Shown here one piece after another: positions 1-12,363 of a stretch of DNA of 64,000 bases (positions are counted from its first letter, which is position 1; every line of letters begins with the position of its first letter). A program made the translations under genes and the position numbers. The stretch spans positions 1 to 64,000 of the forward strand of contig JABANN010000105.1 of the NCBI GenBank assembly GCA_013115125.1, read 5' to 3'. Source of the DNA: Perkinsus olseni (taxonomy: Eukaryota). The notes below the pieces were generated by a model. The model did no database searches. It was not told the DNA's origin and saw only the letters and a program-made list of their open reading frames with translations.

Positions 1-1091
1 CGGTTCAGGTATTCCCACCGTCACTCCTGCGTTCCACCTCTCCCAAACTCCCGGGAAGTAAAGCGGCTTTTATTGGGCGCGTCTGCTTCGCTCGGGCCGA
101 GCAATGGCCGTTTTCATCAGTCCTCCCAGTATAGGGGCCGTCGAAGGTCCAGCGTTGGTGTCTTCCCTACTCCACTCTTCAAGTTCGTCTTTCCTTGGGA
201 TCTTCATAGCCATGAGCTCAGTCCAGGGGGGGGGGCGTAAATCCCACATCGACTCAACTCAAGAAACTTGTTTTACTGGGTCCTCTTCAAGGCGAGAGTT
301 GAAGAATTTATGTATTTGCATAGTTGATCGATAGGTGTCGAACTTCGACTGTCGAAGTGTGGCCCATGCGGGTAACTCAAGTCTTCAAGTGCATCACTGT
401 CGCTCTCCTCGGTATCGATGCATGTCTAGCTCGAGAATTTCATTGCCACACTAATACAGACGTCTGAGTCACTGCCAGTGACTCACTGGGGGGAGACTTT
501 GGCAAGAATTGTATTCTCGAGTGTACATACAATCCGTGCATCCCGAACTTCGGTGCCCGAAGTACTGCAATTTTTCCAGGTCACACCACGTGATGAAGTC
601 GATAATCGACTGTCGATTACCACTTCGCGGTTCTCGCGATTAACGCCATTTCGCGATTAATAGGTGCATCTCCAATCTTTCCTTCTTTCGACAAAACGGA
701 AAAAGACAAACTTCGTGCTATTTTCCAAGACTTCCGGACCGGGAGTTCCCCGAAAATTTATCGTTGTTAGACCAAGTTGCCACTAGCCCGAAAATGTAGA
801 CATCCGAAGGCATTTGCGTCAGCCTCCGAGACGAGCCGCTCACCGCGGTCAGACATCTCCCACCTCCAGTTCGAAGATGGAAGCCGAAAAGAGATGATGC
901 TCTTGGAAGGGGCACTGAGCTTACCATTGGTAAGCTCCGAGTTTGGTGAGTCACCAAGCTCTCGTCCGGAGGTCCTCGACATGTTGAGAGAAATCACCAG
1001 CATGAAATGAAATTGCTGGGAAAACGCCGACTTTCCCCGACGACAGAGCCAAATTGACAAGCGGAACCTTCTAAGGAAGTATAGACAACAT

Positions 1092-2304
1092 CTACTCGAT
1101 TGCCGTATCCTGATATACTGATACATCACAACCCACTCGCTGATCAACTGCTGTAGAATCCTCAGCAGCCATTTCCACAACCCCGCTGGTCTCAGGCAAG
1201 GGACCGCCAGAATCACCACTGCTCGTACCGCTGCCCTCGAAGGTGGGGGTGGTGTCACCCAAGTCTGGCTGGTCGAACTGCAGGTAACCATCGAGCTTCC
1301 ATCTCTCAGCCTGACTAAGGTCCTCTGCCTCAGTGAACTTGGGGGTGTCTCGAATACGTATATGCTTGGTCGGCTTAGCCATCTTAGGGCGGTCGACTTT
1401 CACTCGTTTCCGCACTTGGCCTTCCTTCCGAACACTCGGGGGCATCATCATCAAGTACTGCCGTCTCGTATGTGAAAAAGCAATCTCAATTGGCAACATG
1501 GACCCGTCAGCCAGCGGTCCCACCTCCAGAAACGATCTGCAGATAGCTCTATCGCAAGGAAACGGCTTCAGTAATACCGCGCAACGTTCGGAGGGATAGT
1601 GCGGCAACACGTACTCTACCTCATGGCCGACGGTGTCTTCCACGGCGATCTTCATAACCTTGGCTACTCCGTCGCTCCACGATGAACCAGGCAGAACGGA
1701 ATCCTTGAGGTGTAGCGTAGAGCAATCCGGGATGGGGGTGAGGAGCATGACACCACCGCATGCGTCTCGGGGATTCTTCGGCCATTCAAATGGAGGAAGG
1801 CCCGACGGTCGGGATCGAACGACGCTCCCCGGCGAGAGTTCCACGTACTGGGACGAGCTGCATACCTTCTCCACAACGGAAGCAACTTCCTCCTGAGTTG
1901 CACATTGCTGCTGCAGCAAAGGGAAGCGGACCAGCGTGGAGAGAGGGAGCCCCTCGGGACCTACCAAGCGGCAGCGTGTAGGCAGGCGCAATGAGCGGTG
2001 AGGTACTTTCTCACATGGACTGGCGCATAAGCGCTCAGGAACACAAGACCTCCGAACAACGCGGTTTTCCCATTCGACAGAGTGGACCCGCTACTTGAGG
2101 TTCAAATCATGAACTCTGCGGCGACAGAAGATCAAGCGGTGGAGTTGTGGATGTTGTGGTATTGCATCCACATGCTGTGTAGCCACACCCGTTACTACCT
2201 TCAAGAAGCCCTCTGAGGTAGATGTCGCGGCTTAAGTTCCTCTCGGAGAAGTAGAACTCGATCTGCCTGGCGACCTTGGACGGAGTGGTGGCGTTGGGCT
2301 CCAT
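1092..2304 (-). CDS. La-motif (La-type HTH) RNA-binding protein, at least 2 exons (2304-2199, 1960-1092); may extend by further exons to ~767
   Basis: Splicing a GT-AG intron (2198-1961) joins VARQIEFYFSERNLSRDIYLRGLLEG to PEGLPLSTLVRFPLL...VELSPGSVVR, which is a complete La motif. Confidence 0.8.
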
Positions 2305-2731
2305 GGGAGGGTACAAAAACGATCAACATAGACGAGAAGAGGCTCGGATGTATCAAAGACGACGTGACGCTCAGTTGGAGTCCTCCAAAGTTTGACTTAG
2401 ATGGTTCGGAGTCTTCCGAAGCACCACGGGAAGTACTTTTCCCGCGTCGCCGGTCCCAGAACCTTATTCAGCCATCTTTGCTTGCGGAAAAAAGTGTCCC
2501 TACATTTGAGGGGAAGAAGATGCTCTGAAAAATCAGCAATAGCCGGGGCGACAACCGAACTGGGAACAGAGTGCTATCGACGGTTGGCAGCAGATGGTTT
2601 GAAATACAATAATCGGAAACAATTCGCATTTTTGAGCGGAGCGACGCGCAAGGTGGCAAATGCAGTTAAGTCTCCACCACAGACGCCTACTGTACTATGA
2701 TGACTGCTGCTTTTCAGCTTTTTCGTTCTTC

Positions 2732-5700
2732 ATGCCAACTAGTCCCCGCTGTCGGAGACCAGAAGGCTCGGATGTGGTCACTCTGCCTCCTACGGGCGTC
2801 TTGTCCCCAGATCTCAGAGCAAGCGGCACTCATCACGTAAGGCTCCAACCTAGTTTGTATCTTACAAGAGTCAACCTCAAGATCGCCAACTATTTCGCGG
2901 ACATCTCATGTTGACGCATGCAAGACTCAAACGAGGTCAGAATAATATATTCTCCCTCAGGGCTCGGGATGCTTCACTCGCTGTCATTTTCACTTCGCCA
3001 ATGATGCAGTCGAAGTTGGCGATACCGTCAGGGTCGTCGGTGGTCATCCATCCCTCGGAAATTGGGACTACAAGAGAGGCAAATCCCTTCCTCCTCCGCC
3101 AGGCTCAGACCCTCCCTCCAGGTCTGCCACTCTGCATCCGTGAAGCCCTGTACCCGTGCTGGTTCACCGTGGAGCCGGCCATGCTACCCCTCATGCGTGT
3201 GACTGAATACGCGTATGTTACAGTCGGCCCTAGTGGGAATCTGAAGTCCTGGGAGAGGACCGATGCCGGTCAGAGAGTCGTTCGACAGGTGACGTTGATT
3301 GCGGTACCGAGGCGCCTGACGGTACGCCGATTCGGTTAGGTCATACCGAGTGGCATGGAGATGACCATCGAAGACGACGATGGTCTGTATCGTTACCTCC
3401 TGTCCAGAGGAACTGCAGCAAGGGTAGCAAGCCTCTCGCTAGCTTCCCTCGCGCATATACCTGCTTCTGCTCAGCCGCAGCATACGGACACCACCACAGC
3501 ATCGGGGTCTAGCGCAGGAGCCGCTGATTCGGCCAGCCTCGAGTCCGGTGCCGCCGGCAGGGACGGCTCCAGCAGTGAGCTGCACATACCCTTACGACCA
3601 TCCGGACCCTCTCAGGAGTCATTGCCGAGGGTAAATGCGGGACTTGCTGTGGCGGCTGGTGTGACGGATGTCTCAGGTCCGCTCAGCATTTTTTGATGCG
3701 TCTATTACTCTCACTCCCGATGATTGTGTGGTTTTCGTCAGCATTCAGCTGCCGGTGCTAGTCTGCAGGAAGTACTATCGGGGCGGGCCTACACTTTATT
3801 TAGTGCTGAGGTTGATTCATCGATACCACAACAAACGCTACTCTCAGGGCAGGAGGAGGCTTTGAAGTGTATCCCAGTCGTTATGTGTCGATGTCGACTC
3901 TCCACGCCGTTAAGAAGGAGCTCAACCCGAAGCGATCGCTCTTTGTTGGCTGGCCTGGCCTTGACTACTTATCGAAGGAAGGTAGTGTGCGGGCTTTGGC
4001 TTTGGAATAGTCACGACGCTTTTCGCTCCGTCGAGTCTTTAAGACTAATGCTCGATGCTGCAGGATAGCCGTCAACAATCCCCTCTTCCCGGTGTGTGCG
4101 TCACTGCGCCACGAATTTCGCGAGGGTTTCTCATCACTATGCAGGACTACTCTGAGAACGAATACTCAGTGCTACTATCTTTCACGTGATACTTTATTCT
4201 ACCACTCGACTTGGCTGTAGAACATCTAGCGGAAAACTTCCTGTACGGCAGAGAAATGTTGCTTGGTCGATCTGAGCCACACAAGTCATCTTTTTCTGTT
4301 CAGAGCAAGAGGAGGTCCGTCAAGTTCTCCTGCCGTATGACTGCATACCGGTCTTTTCTAGCGACCCGGAACCTAAGCGGAGGGGTAGTAGTGGCCTGAG
4401 GGAATGAGATTCCGAAGAGGGGTATCGTGGTTGAAGCGTTGGAATATTGTCGCCAGCTAACACGTCTATCTCGGCTTGTTGACGAATTTCGTATACAGCT
4501 CCGTTACGAGTGCGCAGTGATTTGGCGGCCACTGGGGTAGCCCCAGTGGGGCATATGTGTAGCTGTTAGATCCACACCGTAGTAGTACATCTTAGCGATG
4601 AGCGCATGTTCATGTTCTCGATCAGTTGGAGATGGTGAGGGCTTTCGATTGTTACCCACTGAAAGTCGTAACTCCCTCGCATCAATAAACTAAGTGGGGT
4701 TAAGTTATTATTCTGTAGTGTCGACCCAGAAGTAGTGGGCCGTACTTATTGCCAGACTATGTGAATCAGTGATATAGTTAGCGTATGCTGAAGGTATTGG
4801 TGCATCAAAATGTGATAGGCTTGTTATCGGGGTGGATGATCCTAATCACCCACGAATTCGCGAGAGTCTGTCTGCGGTAGTGGAAGCCGGGCTCGCGGGA
4901 ATTGCTGGTTCACAAGGCTCGATAGCCGTCTTTTCAATGCTTGCGGTATATCTTGCAGGTCCGCAGCCACCTCGGCACGGATTCGAAGAGTTCCTCGACT
5001 TCTGCCAAACGTTCCTTTGGCCCACCGTGAACGACCAAGTCCCTTTAGTGCACAACTCTGAGGACTTGATGACGTTCGATAACAAACTATGGGATAAGTA
5101 GGACGAATGCTCCGCGGAGGATGACTCGCGAGATTGTGGGCAAGCAGTAACTACTCCCATAGGTATCAAAATGCTAACCAGCGGTACGTGGATGTGTTAT
5201 TGAATGCGGACTTGTTCCCACCACTGCCGAACTTTGGAGAGTACTAAAAGGGGGGGAGTCACTGCGGGGTGGGGTCGAAAAGTTTTACACGTCTGATGAC
5301 CTGCGGCCACCGCGCGTAGAACAGAGTCGTTGTTGTACTGTCGCGGTGAGACCTCGTGTGGTACGGAGCTTGTAGGCTCTACGCGAGTTAGGGTCGGTGT
5401 GAACAGGATCTGTTGGAAATTAGGTATGTGTTCTGGGTGAACGACTATCATCTTCTATTGGTGCCGATGTTGTTGCGGAAGGGTCTTCGCAAAAGTCAGA
5501 GGGGAGGCTCGCCGCCCTTGAGTCCATCACAGGTGACACCTGGGAGCACCCCACCTCCGAAAAAGCCGACGGTAACAGTGACATCTTGCAATCTTGTATC
5601 ATCTAGCATTTCCTTCAGATTGGACTGTTCGTCCACACACCGTTCCCGACGTCAGAGATATTCTTGACACTACCGGTGCGGACGCAAGTGATGCAGTCCC

Positions 5701-8700
5701 TGCTGGCTGCTGACTTGGTCGGCTTCCAGTTCTTCGACTATGCGAGGTAGTGAGGCGATCGATGCAGTTGGCGGTGAGGCAATTTTCGAAATTGGGTGCG
5801 TTTGTCTCCGATCGATCGGCGGCAGTATCCTGCTTCTGTGAGAAGTAATTCTCCCACTGCCGTTTGAGTGAATTGGTGTATCGAAGGAAGTTCAAATCAA
5901 ATGTGTTGCGGCATTCTGGTGGACCTGGTGGTGGAGGAGCAACGCAGGGCGGTTGTGCTGATCCAGTCATCATGGCGGTCTTGAGCATAGCGGAGCGAAG
6001 CGCATCACAGTTGTTTCGTTCTGTACAAGAAAATTCGCGAAATGGGATGTGCAGAGAGGAAAAATTAATACTGAATCATGTAGCCGGCGACTGGCGGCGT
6101 TAACATCGCGATACTCCAGAATTCCCCCGGGAAATCGCGTTAAATCCACTTTTTCATGCGAGGGGTTGTTTTCTACTCACGTCGTACTCGGGCATCACTG
6201 TCTGCAACGAAAATGTGCCCACTAGGCCACGTGACTCCGAGGCAGCAGCAGCAGCCCTCTACTTGGTCCTGGACCGTTCTCGCCTCGCGTTGTGGCATAC
6301 TGGCCTTAATCTTCGTCACGGACTGTGACGAAAAGACGCGCTGTAGCGACTATGCCACGAGGCTTCGATGCAGCAGCATTCTACTGACTTGGTACTTTGC
6401 CGTCACGTGGCGGCATATCGGCCACATTTTTACATTCTGCACTGCTTATCGTTACGGACTGCGACGAAGAAAAGCACCATATGAAAGGGCCTCCCGCTAA
6501 GTCACCGAGGCAGGAAGTTGTGCTGTAGCGCTCTCGCGTCAAAGTCATCGTCGGCCACAATTTCCCACCATGCTCCCCTCTCTATCGTTACGAACTGTAT
6601 TAATAGTCGATGTGGGTAGGAGTGTTTGAATATGCAGCGATGCGGCGATGGCATTATCGATTGTGCTAAGATGATGTCTTCATCCGACCGAAGGCAGCAG
6701 CCTGTCGATAAGCAGGTTTTTTTCAGACACTTCCTCACAGTAGTGAAGAAGCTAGTCGGCCTGGACATGTCGTACAGGCTGTCTGATGGTTACCTTGCCC
6801 TGGACGTCCCGTACGGCTACGTCTCGGGTGCCCCGGCCTCGAGTGCGTCGGCTCAGCAGAGACATCAGGTGGGTTGGTGCGGGCTAGATGATGGGTTCAG
6901 AAAAAAATCCTGTAGCAGATCAGCGGGGAAATTTTTTAAGTTTCGTAGGGCATTTTCTGGAATCAGGTGCTGGTGACTGTCGGGCACGCCTCCACTCAGT
7001 TCGAGCTCATCGCAGCCCAGATGCGCTCGCCGGAAGTCCTCCGGCGTATCAAGGAGTTGAAGGAGAAGTTCGCCGGGAAGACGATTATCTGTAATAAGGG
7101 AGGGAGATGTTTCGAAGAAGCTCCAATTCCGACGACCGCGAGTTTTGGAGGCCTTTGGGTGTCTTCCTCTTAAGGATGTCTGCTCGACACCTTCCTTTAC
7201 AGCGCAGTGAAGTCGATTGCGCGGAAATCTTCTTGTCTTTGTTGTGATGGTTATGGTTTGTCCTTTAGGTGGTGTTGACCGATTGGGAAGGCTATCTGGC
7301 ATTCTATTGAAGCTGCGGACGTTCCGTCAGTTCCTCAAGGTTTACCCCAGCTACAGGAACAAGGTGGTGTTGGTGCAGCTGGCAGTGTCGAGGACGACTA
7401 CTACTCATACCAGTCCGGAGAACAGGATTACTCTTGCGAAGAGGGTACGGCGGAGCGAAGCGCTTTTTGTTTTTAGAATCCATCCGGTCGAACCTGTCAA
7501 GTTGGAGCACTCGCTCGCTAGGAATTCGACCCTTTAGGGGGTTCTTAATTTTTGCAATCGGGTTCCGATTATAGTCTACAGACCTCTGCCGGCAAGTTAG
7601 TTTCCTCCCGCTCTGCTCTGCCGAATTGCGATCACTTGTGCACGCGAGAGCGCCATTAGGATCGCCACACTGTGCAACACTATCGCCCTTATGGAAGCTT
7701 CGCTGAGGACGTCCTCTTGCTGTTCTTCTCCCTTCAGATCTCAGCCCTTGCTAAGGAGATCAATGACAGCATGGGCCCTCATGTCTACTTCTATGCTGGT
7801 GATATCGAAACGGAAGACAGGCTGGCGACGATGGCGGTGTCGGACATGCTGTTGGATACTAGTCTGAAGGATGGACTCAACTTGGCACCCTTCGAGTACG
7901 CGGGGGTGGTGGAATTTCGTGGCGCAGTGAAGTTTGTGTGCGCTTACCAGTGTATCATTGTCCGCCCTGTATGCTCCCATTCTTACTTCTGCCAGATATC
8001 TCTCAGCGCGCTATGCCATGTCCTTGAGCGTTGACCAAGACCCCAGTGCATCGCCTCGCTACGTCCTTGGCCATCAGGGAGCACTCCTCGGTCGAGTGGT
8101 GTGCTCGGAGTTCTCGGGCTGCAGTCAAGTCTTGACGGGCAGTCTGAGAGTCAACCCGTGGGATACTGAGAAGGTCCTGAATATGCTCGATGAGAGCCTG
8201 ACGCTGCCGACGCAGGAGCTGGCCAGCCGGTAGTGAAGGGGGGGGGGCGGCTGGTGTCTGTGGCGGAGTTCGGCGGTTCAGGTTCGCAAGGGACATCTCC
8301 TATGTGACGAGTCATAGCCTGTTGCGATGGGCTCAGGGTATCATGAACGATTTGGCCAGATGCCGGGCTCACTACGTGTCCAGGATGTCCAACCCTGATG
8401 CTGATAAGGAGGTAGGGGTCCTGGGGGACTGAATCTCGATAGTCTGCGTTGGAAGGACTCGTCGGCTCACGGTTGACACGTCTGGTCTGCGTTGCTAGAG
8501 TGTGAACAGGGGGTCATTGAAAGCTCTGAGAGGCCTCTCTCGGACGCGTTTGAGGTCTTTGAAAGACCGCGTCGTCGCGCCACTCAGCATCTCCATGCTT
8601 CGTCCAGCGTCCACTTCGGCAAACCTTGGTTGTCGCGAGCAGGTTGCTTGGGGTGTGAAAGGCAGCTGTCAAGTGTTGGCTCAAATCGACGACCACAACT

Positions 8701-11700
8701 TTTTCAAGCTCGACGTTCCCAGAGTCGTAAGGGACTACAGCAAGTCCCAGAGGAGGATATTCTTCCTCGATAATGAGGGCACGCTGGCCCCTGATTTGAG
8801 GAGGATGTTTAGACATTCGGAAGGGGAAGTTGACAGAGAGGTAATAGGGAGTCGGCAAGATCGATTCTTGGGTCGATTGTAACCTCTATCTCGCCGAATT
8901 ATATGACTTATTTTAGAGTAGCACTCATCAGGAACAATTTGAATGAGGTGCTGATGGCGTGGGCTTTGCATGAGCCATCGTTTATGGCTTCACTATGCTC
9001 TGCATTACGGAGAATATCATATTTCACATGGTTACATTCTCGTAGTCTGCGGGTGCGGTCCCCTCAGCGGAAAACTCGCTCTCTTGCGCGGATCTTGGTT
9101 GGGAGGCGACCGCGGTCATCAGCTGCGCTGATGCTGGACGCGCTAGTTCTGCTACGTTGAAATCGTTAATACAGTAGGGGACTGTCTGGGTTCGGAACTT
9201 GGCAGGTGATCATTATGAATGCTCCCATTTTAGTCCAGTACGCTGATGTCTCACGGCAACCCGCCCTCGGCGGCGGTGCTCGATTCTCTGACGAAGCTCT
9301 GCAGTGACCCGAGGAACACCGTGGTCATTCTGAGTGGCCGGGAAAAGTCATCGCTTCAGGTGAGCTGATTGCTCGTGTGTGGTCCCATGGCAGGTTGAAT
9401 GGCCACAGGAGTATGTTTTCAGGAGTGGTTTGGCTCTGTCCGTAACATTGGGTTGGCGGCTGAGCACGGTTACTACTGGAAGCTGCCTCCGAACAGTATG
9501 AAGAGACATGCTGTGGACTCGGCAGGGAAGCTGGAAGAGGGGGTAAGGAAACGGAGGGGGCGGGGATGCAGCCCGGTGATGCCTCTCAGCTTAGTAATGA
9601 CCTCACCAGGGGTGATTCTGAGTCAGAGTGAGGGTCACTCAAAGTGTAGCTGCTGCGGGTTGGGTAGCGTCTAGCCTTTGCATGTCGAAGGAACTTCCTG
9701 TGCCCGGTTCGATAAGCGCATGCCCGCTGTTTCTCAGTCCCACGCTCCCTCCCCCGTGGGTCCCGATGGCTGGGCTTGTCTCCTTCCCGAGGCATCAGAG
9801 GCTGATTCTAAGAAGGCTGAATGGAAGGCACTGGCAGGGGAGCTCATGCGGCAGTAAGAGGCGCCGCTGATCCGGGCATCGGGGCCAGCTAGATGGTCCC
9901 AACTGGGAAGAATTGCGCGTTTCAAAATGGTTGTTGTTCGATATGGTGATAGGTCTAAAAAATTGTAATTCGATATGCAGTGCTCGCCACGCGTGCGAAG
10001 CTGGCGCTTCGTGAGCAACTTTTTGGTAACTTCGTGCTGTTAAATCGATTATCTGGGCGCGCGCGAAGTCGATCGGTATAGTGATAGATTTATTATCTAA
10101 GATTTGGCGATTTTATAAATAAATAAAATTAGCACTACGAATTGTTTTCTATGAACTGGAAGTGACTGTTTGACAGGTACGTGTCCCGGACGCAAAACTC
10201 GTTCGTCGAGAATAAGGGTTCAGCATTGGTATGGCAGTTCAGGGATACTGATCCGGACTTTGGCCTGCATCAGGTGAGAGCTTCACTCCGCGGTTTTATC
10301 AACGTGGCTGGTTTTTAGGCTAAGAATTTGTACTCATCCTTAGAAGAGTACCTCCAGGGATATGACGTTGAGGTTACCATGGGCAAGGGCTATGTGGAGG
10401 TGAGTAGTGCCTTCTCCGAGGAGGGGAGTCAGTGTTGTTACATCAGGCGAAACTGAGGGGCGTCAACAAGGGCCTGGCTGTGCAGACCATTCTGGCTGAG
10501 CTGGCCACGGCGGGCAACGGCCAAGCGCCTGACTTTGTTATGTGCATTGGAGATGATCGCAGTGACGAGTGAGCTGAACTCCCTTGGAGACTGCGGTCTT
10601 AGTGTTGTTTTGCTAGGTATATGTTTGAAGCATTGAACTCGATGTCGGTGTCCCTGACGAGCCATCCGGACTCCTTGGACCATGCCCAGTTCGTACCGGG
10701 TGTTGGCATAGTGAGGTCGAGCGGGGTTGAGCGGGAGTCCTCTTCGGAGGAGGAAAGTGACCGGCCTGAACGGACGAAGGTGGGGCTGGGTGGTGGTGGT
10801 GGTTGTCTATGTTGACCGATTTGCTTCTTCTCAGAGTACGCCAGCTCAGTCCGCGGGAGCAGCCACTGAAGGCACCTTTACTCAGCGGATGTGGAAGCGA
10901 TACTCCTCCCGAGGCAGACCCAGTCGTACGTCGGACCCGTCGTCAGGAGTGGTGGGTGAAAGTCGGGCGATGAGAAAGAAGGAGTCGCCCAGCAGACAGG
11001 TGGGGACCGTGTTTCGACTGCCGGCTTGGTTGCGTCACGCCCTCCTTCATCGAGGAGCGGCTGCCTTCTGCGGGACTATGTGCAGAGTCTGTTGTATCGT
11101 GGCAAGCTTGTATCGTATCTCCATTGAGAGACAGTGGAGTGAGTGCTCAGTCGGGTCACCCTAGCGTGTGTTCGGTCCAGCGGTTGGAATTTTCTCTGGG
11201 TGCACGCTCATGTGTAGTGCGGGCCTGCGTGAATTCATTCTGTTGTGGTTAATTGAGTGCAAACTCGGGCCCGTCGAGCGTCGTTGAATTTATAAGAATA
11301 CCTGAGCGCTTGTTTGATCCCCCTGGAGAGGTCGTGGCGAGCAGTCGTACGTGGATTTGGTTTTTTCCCAACGCCTCTAGTGGGTGAGGGCGGAAGAACA
11401 ACACTGAAAGGCTCCGTTTTGACTGCTGTTGCTGTTCAGTCGAAGGACCATGGAGTGTATCGGAAGTACACAGTAACAGTTGGCCGAAAGCCGGGCTCAC
11501 AAGCACACCATTATGTTCATGACGTGCACTCTGTCACGGACCTGCTGGGCAGACTGGCGGATGAGACGATGTACCCTCGGCAAGAGGCCAGCGAGGAGGG
11601 GCCTGCCGACAGCCCGGCTGCGGCCCAGAGGTGCGCTGCGATGGCTGGTCTTGAGCGTTCACGATTTGGTGGTGGACAGGTACGCAGTGCAGAACTCACA

Positions 11701-11933
11701 GACGATGCCAGCTGGCGGCAGCGGACACTTCGAGAAGCCCCAGAAGCTTGAGGCGACTCCCATCGAGGAGGGCGCGGAAGGGCCTGAAGAGGAACCTTCA
11801 AGTGAGGGAGCGCCGCGCTGGTTTTGACGGGGGGCGTTCACTGATGTTCTCAGGTCCCGCTCGGCCTCCAGTTTGGGAGATCAAATTTTCTAATGCCGAC
11901 TCGTCGGACTCTCTGAAGGACGGCGCGGCGTGA
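2732..11933 (+). CDS. TPS: Multi-exon CBM20 + trehalose-6-phosphate synthase (GT20) + trehalose-phosphate phosphatase (HAD) fusion protein
   Basis: Spliced exons give CBM20 (GDTVRVVGGHPSLGNWD..YPCWF..EYAY..WE), GT20 motifs (WVNDYHLLLVP, IGLFVHTPFPTSEIF, LVGFQFFDYARHFL, GVDRL, DGLNLAPFE, SEFSGC, VNPWD) and TPP motifs (FFLDNEGTL, VILSGR, GLAAEHG, VNKG, CIGDDRSDE, TVGRKP). The start and the last exons are less certain. Confidence 0.93.
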
Positions 11934-12363
11934 TGAGGTCATCACGTTCAGCCTGAGGAGAGTTTTCGAGCGGTAGCTGATTTCCTATCAACCGTACCAT
12001 TCTAGAGATTGTTACATACTATTTCTATGTGAACAGCACCTCCGAGTCTACACCTCCCTTTGTGTGTAGTTGAGTCAATTGATTCTTGGAGACTGATGCC
12101 TGGGAATCCTCAAACGGGCCTCATGGCGAGGGCATGAAGGAGGGAATTCGAGGCCCTCAGGAAATCTAAGACGGCAGGCTCATTTGAGACACACCTTGCA
12201 AGACCTCATCCTGACCGGTGTCGATACTGTCGACATGTCGTTGGCAACGGGTTACTTTAGAAAAGTGGAAAGGTTTGCACAAATTGATGAGCGTTCCTCG
12301 TAGGGCAGCTATCAGCCTAGATAGTGCCATCTGATTGGCTTCCAGTGGGTATCCTAGCCTTCT

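Noticed and set aside
1..213. Minus-strand reading MAMKIPRKDELEEWSRED..
   Set aside because: Stops after about 47 codons at the window edge; cannot be supported as a gene.
1961..2198. Possible intronic C/D snoRNA (ATGATT...CTGA) in the La-gene intron; also ATGATGA in a thioredoxin intron
   Set aside because: Imperfect C box or missing D box, no terminal stem and no recognisable rRNA guide.
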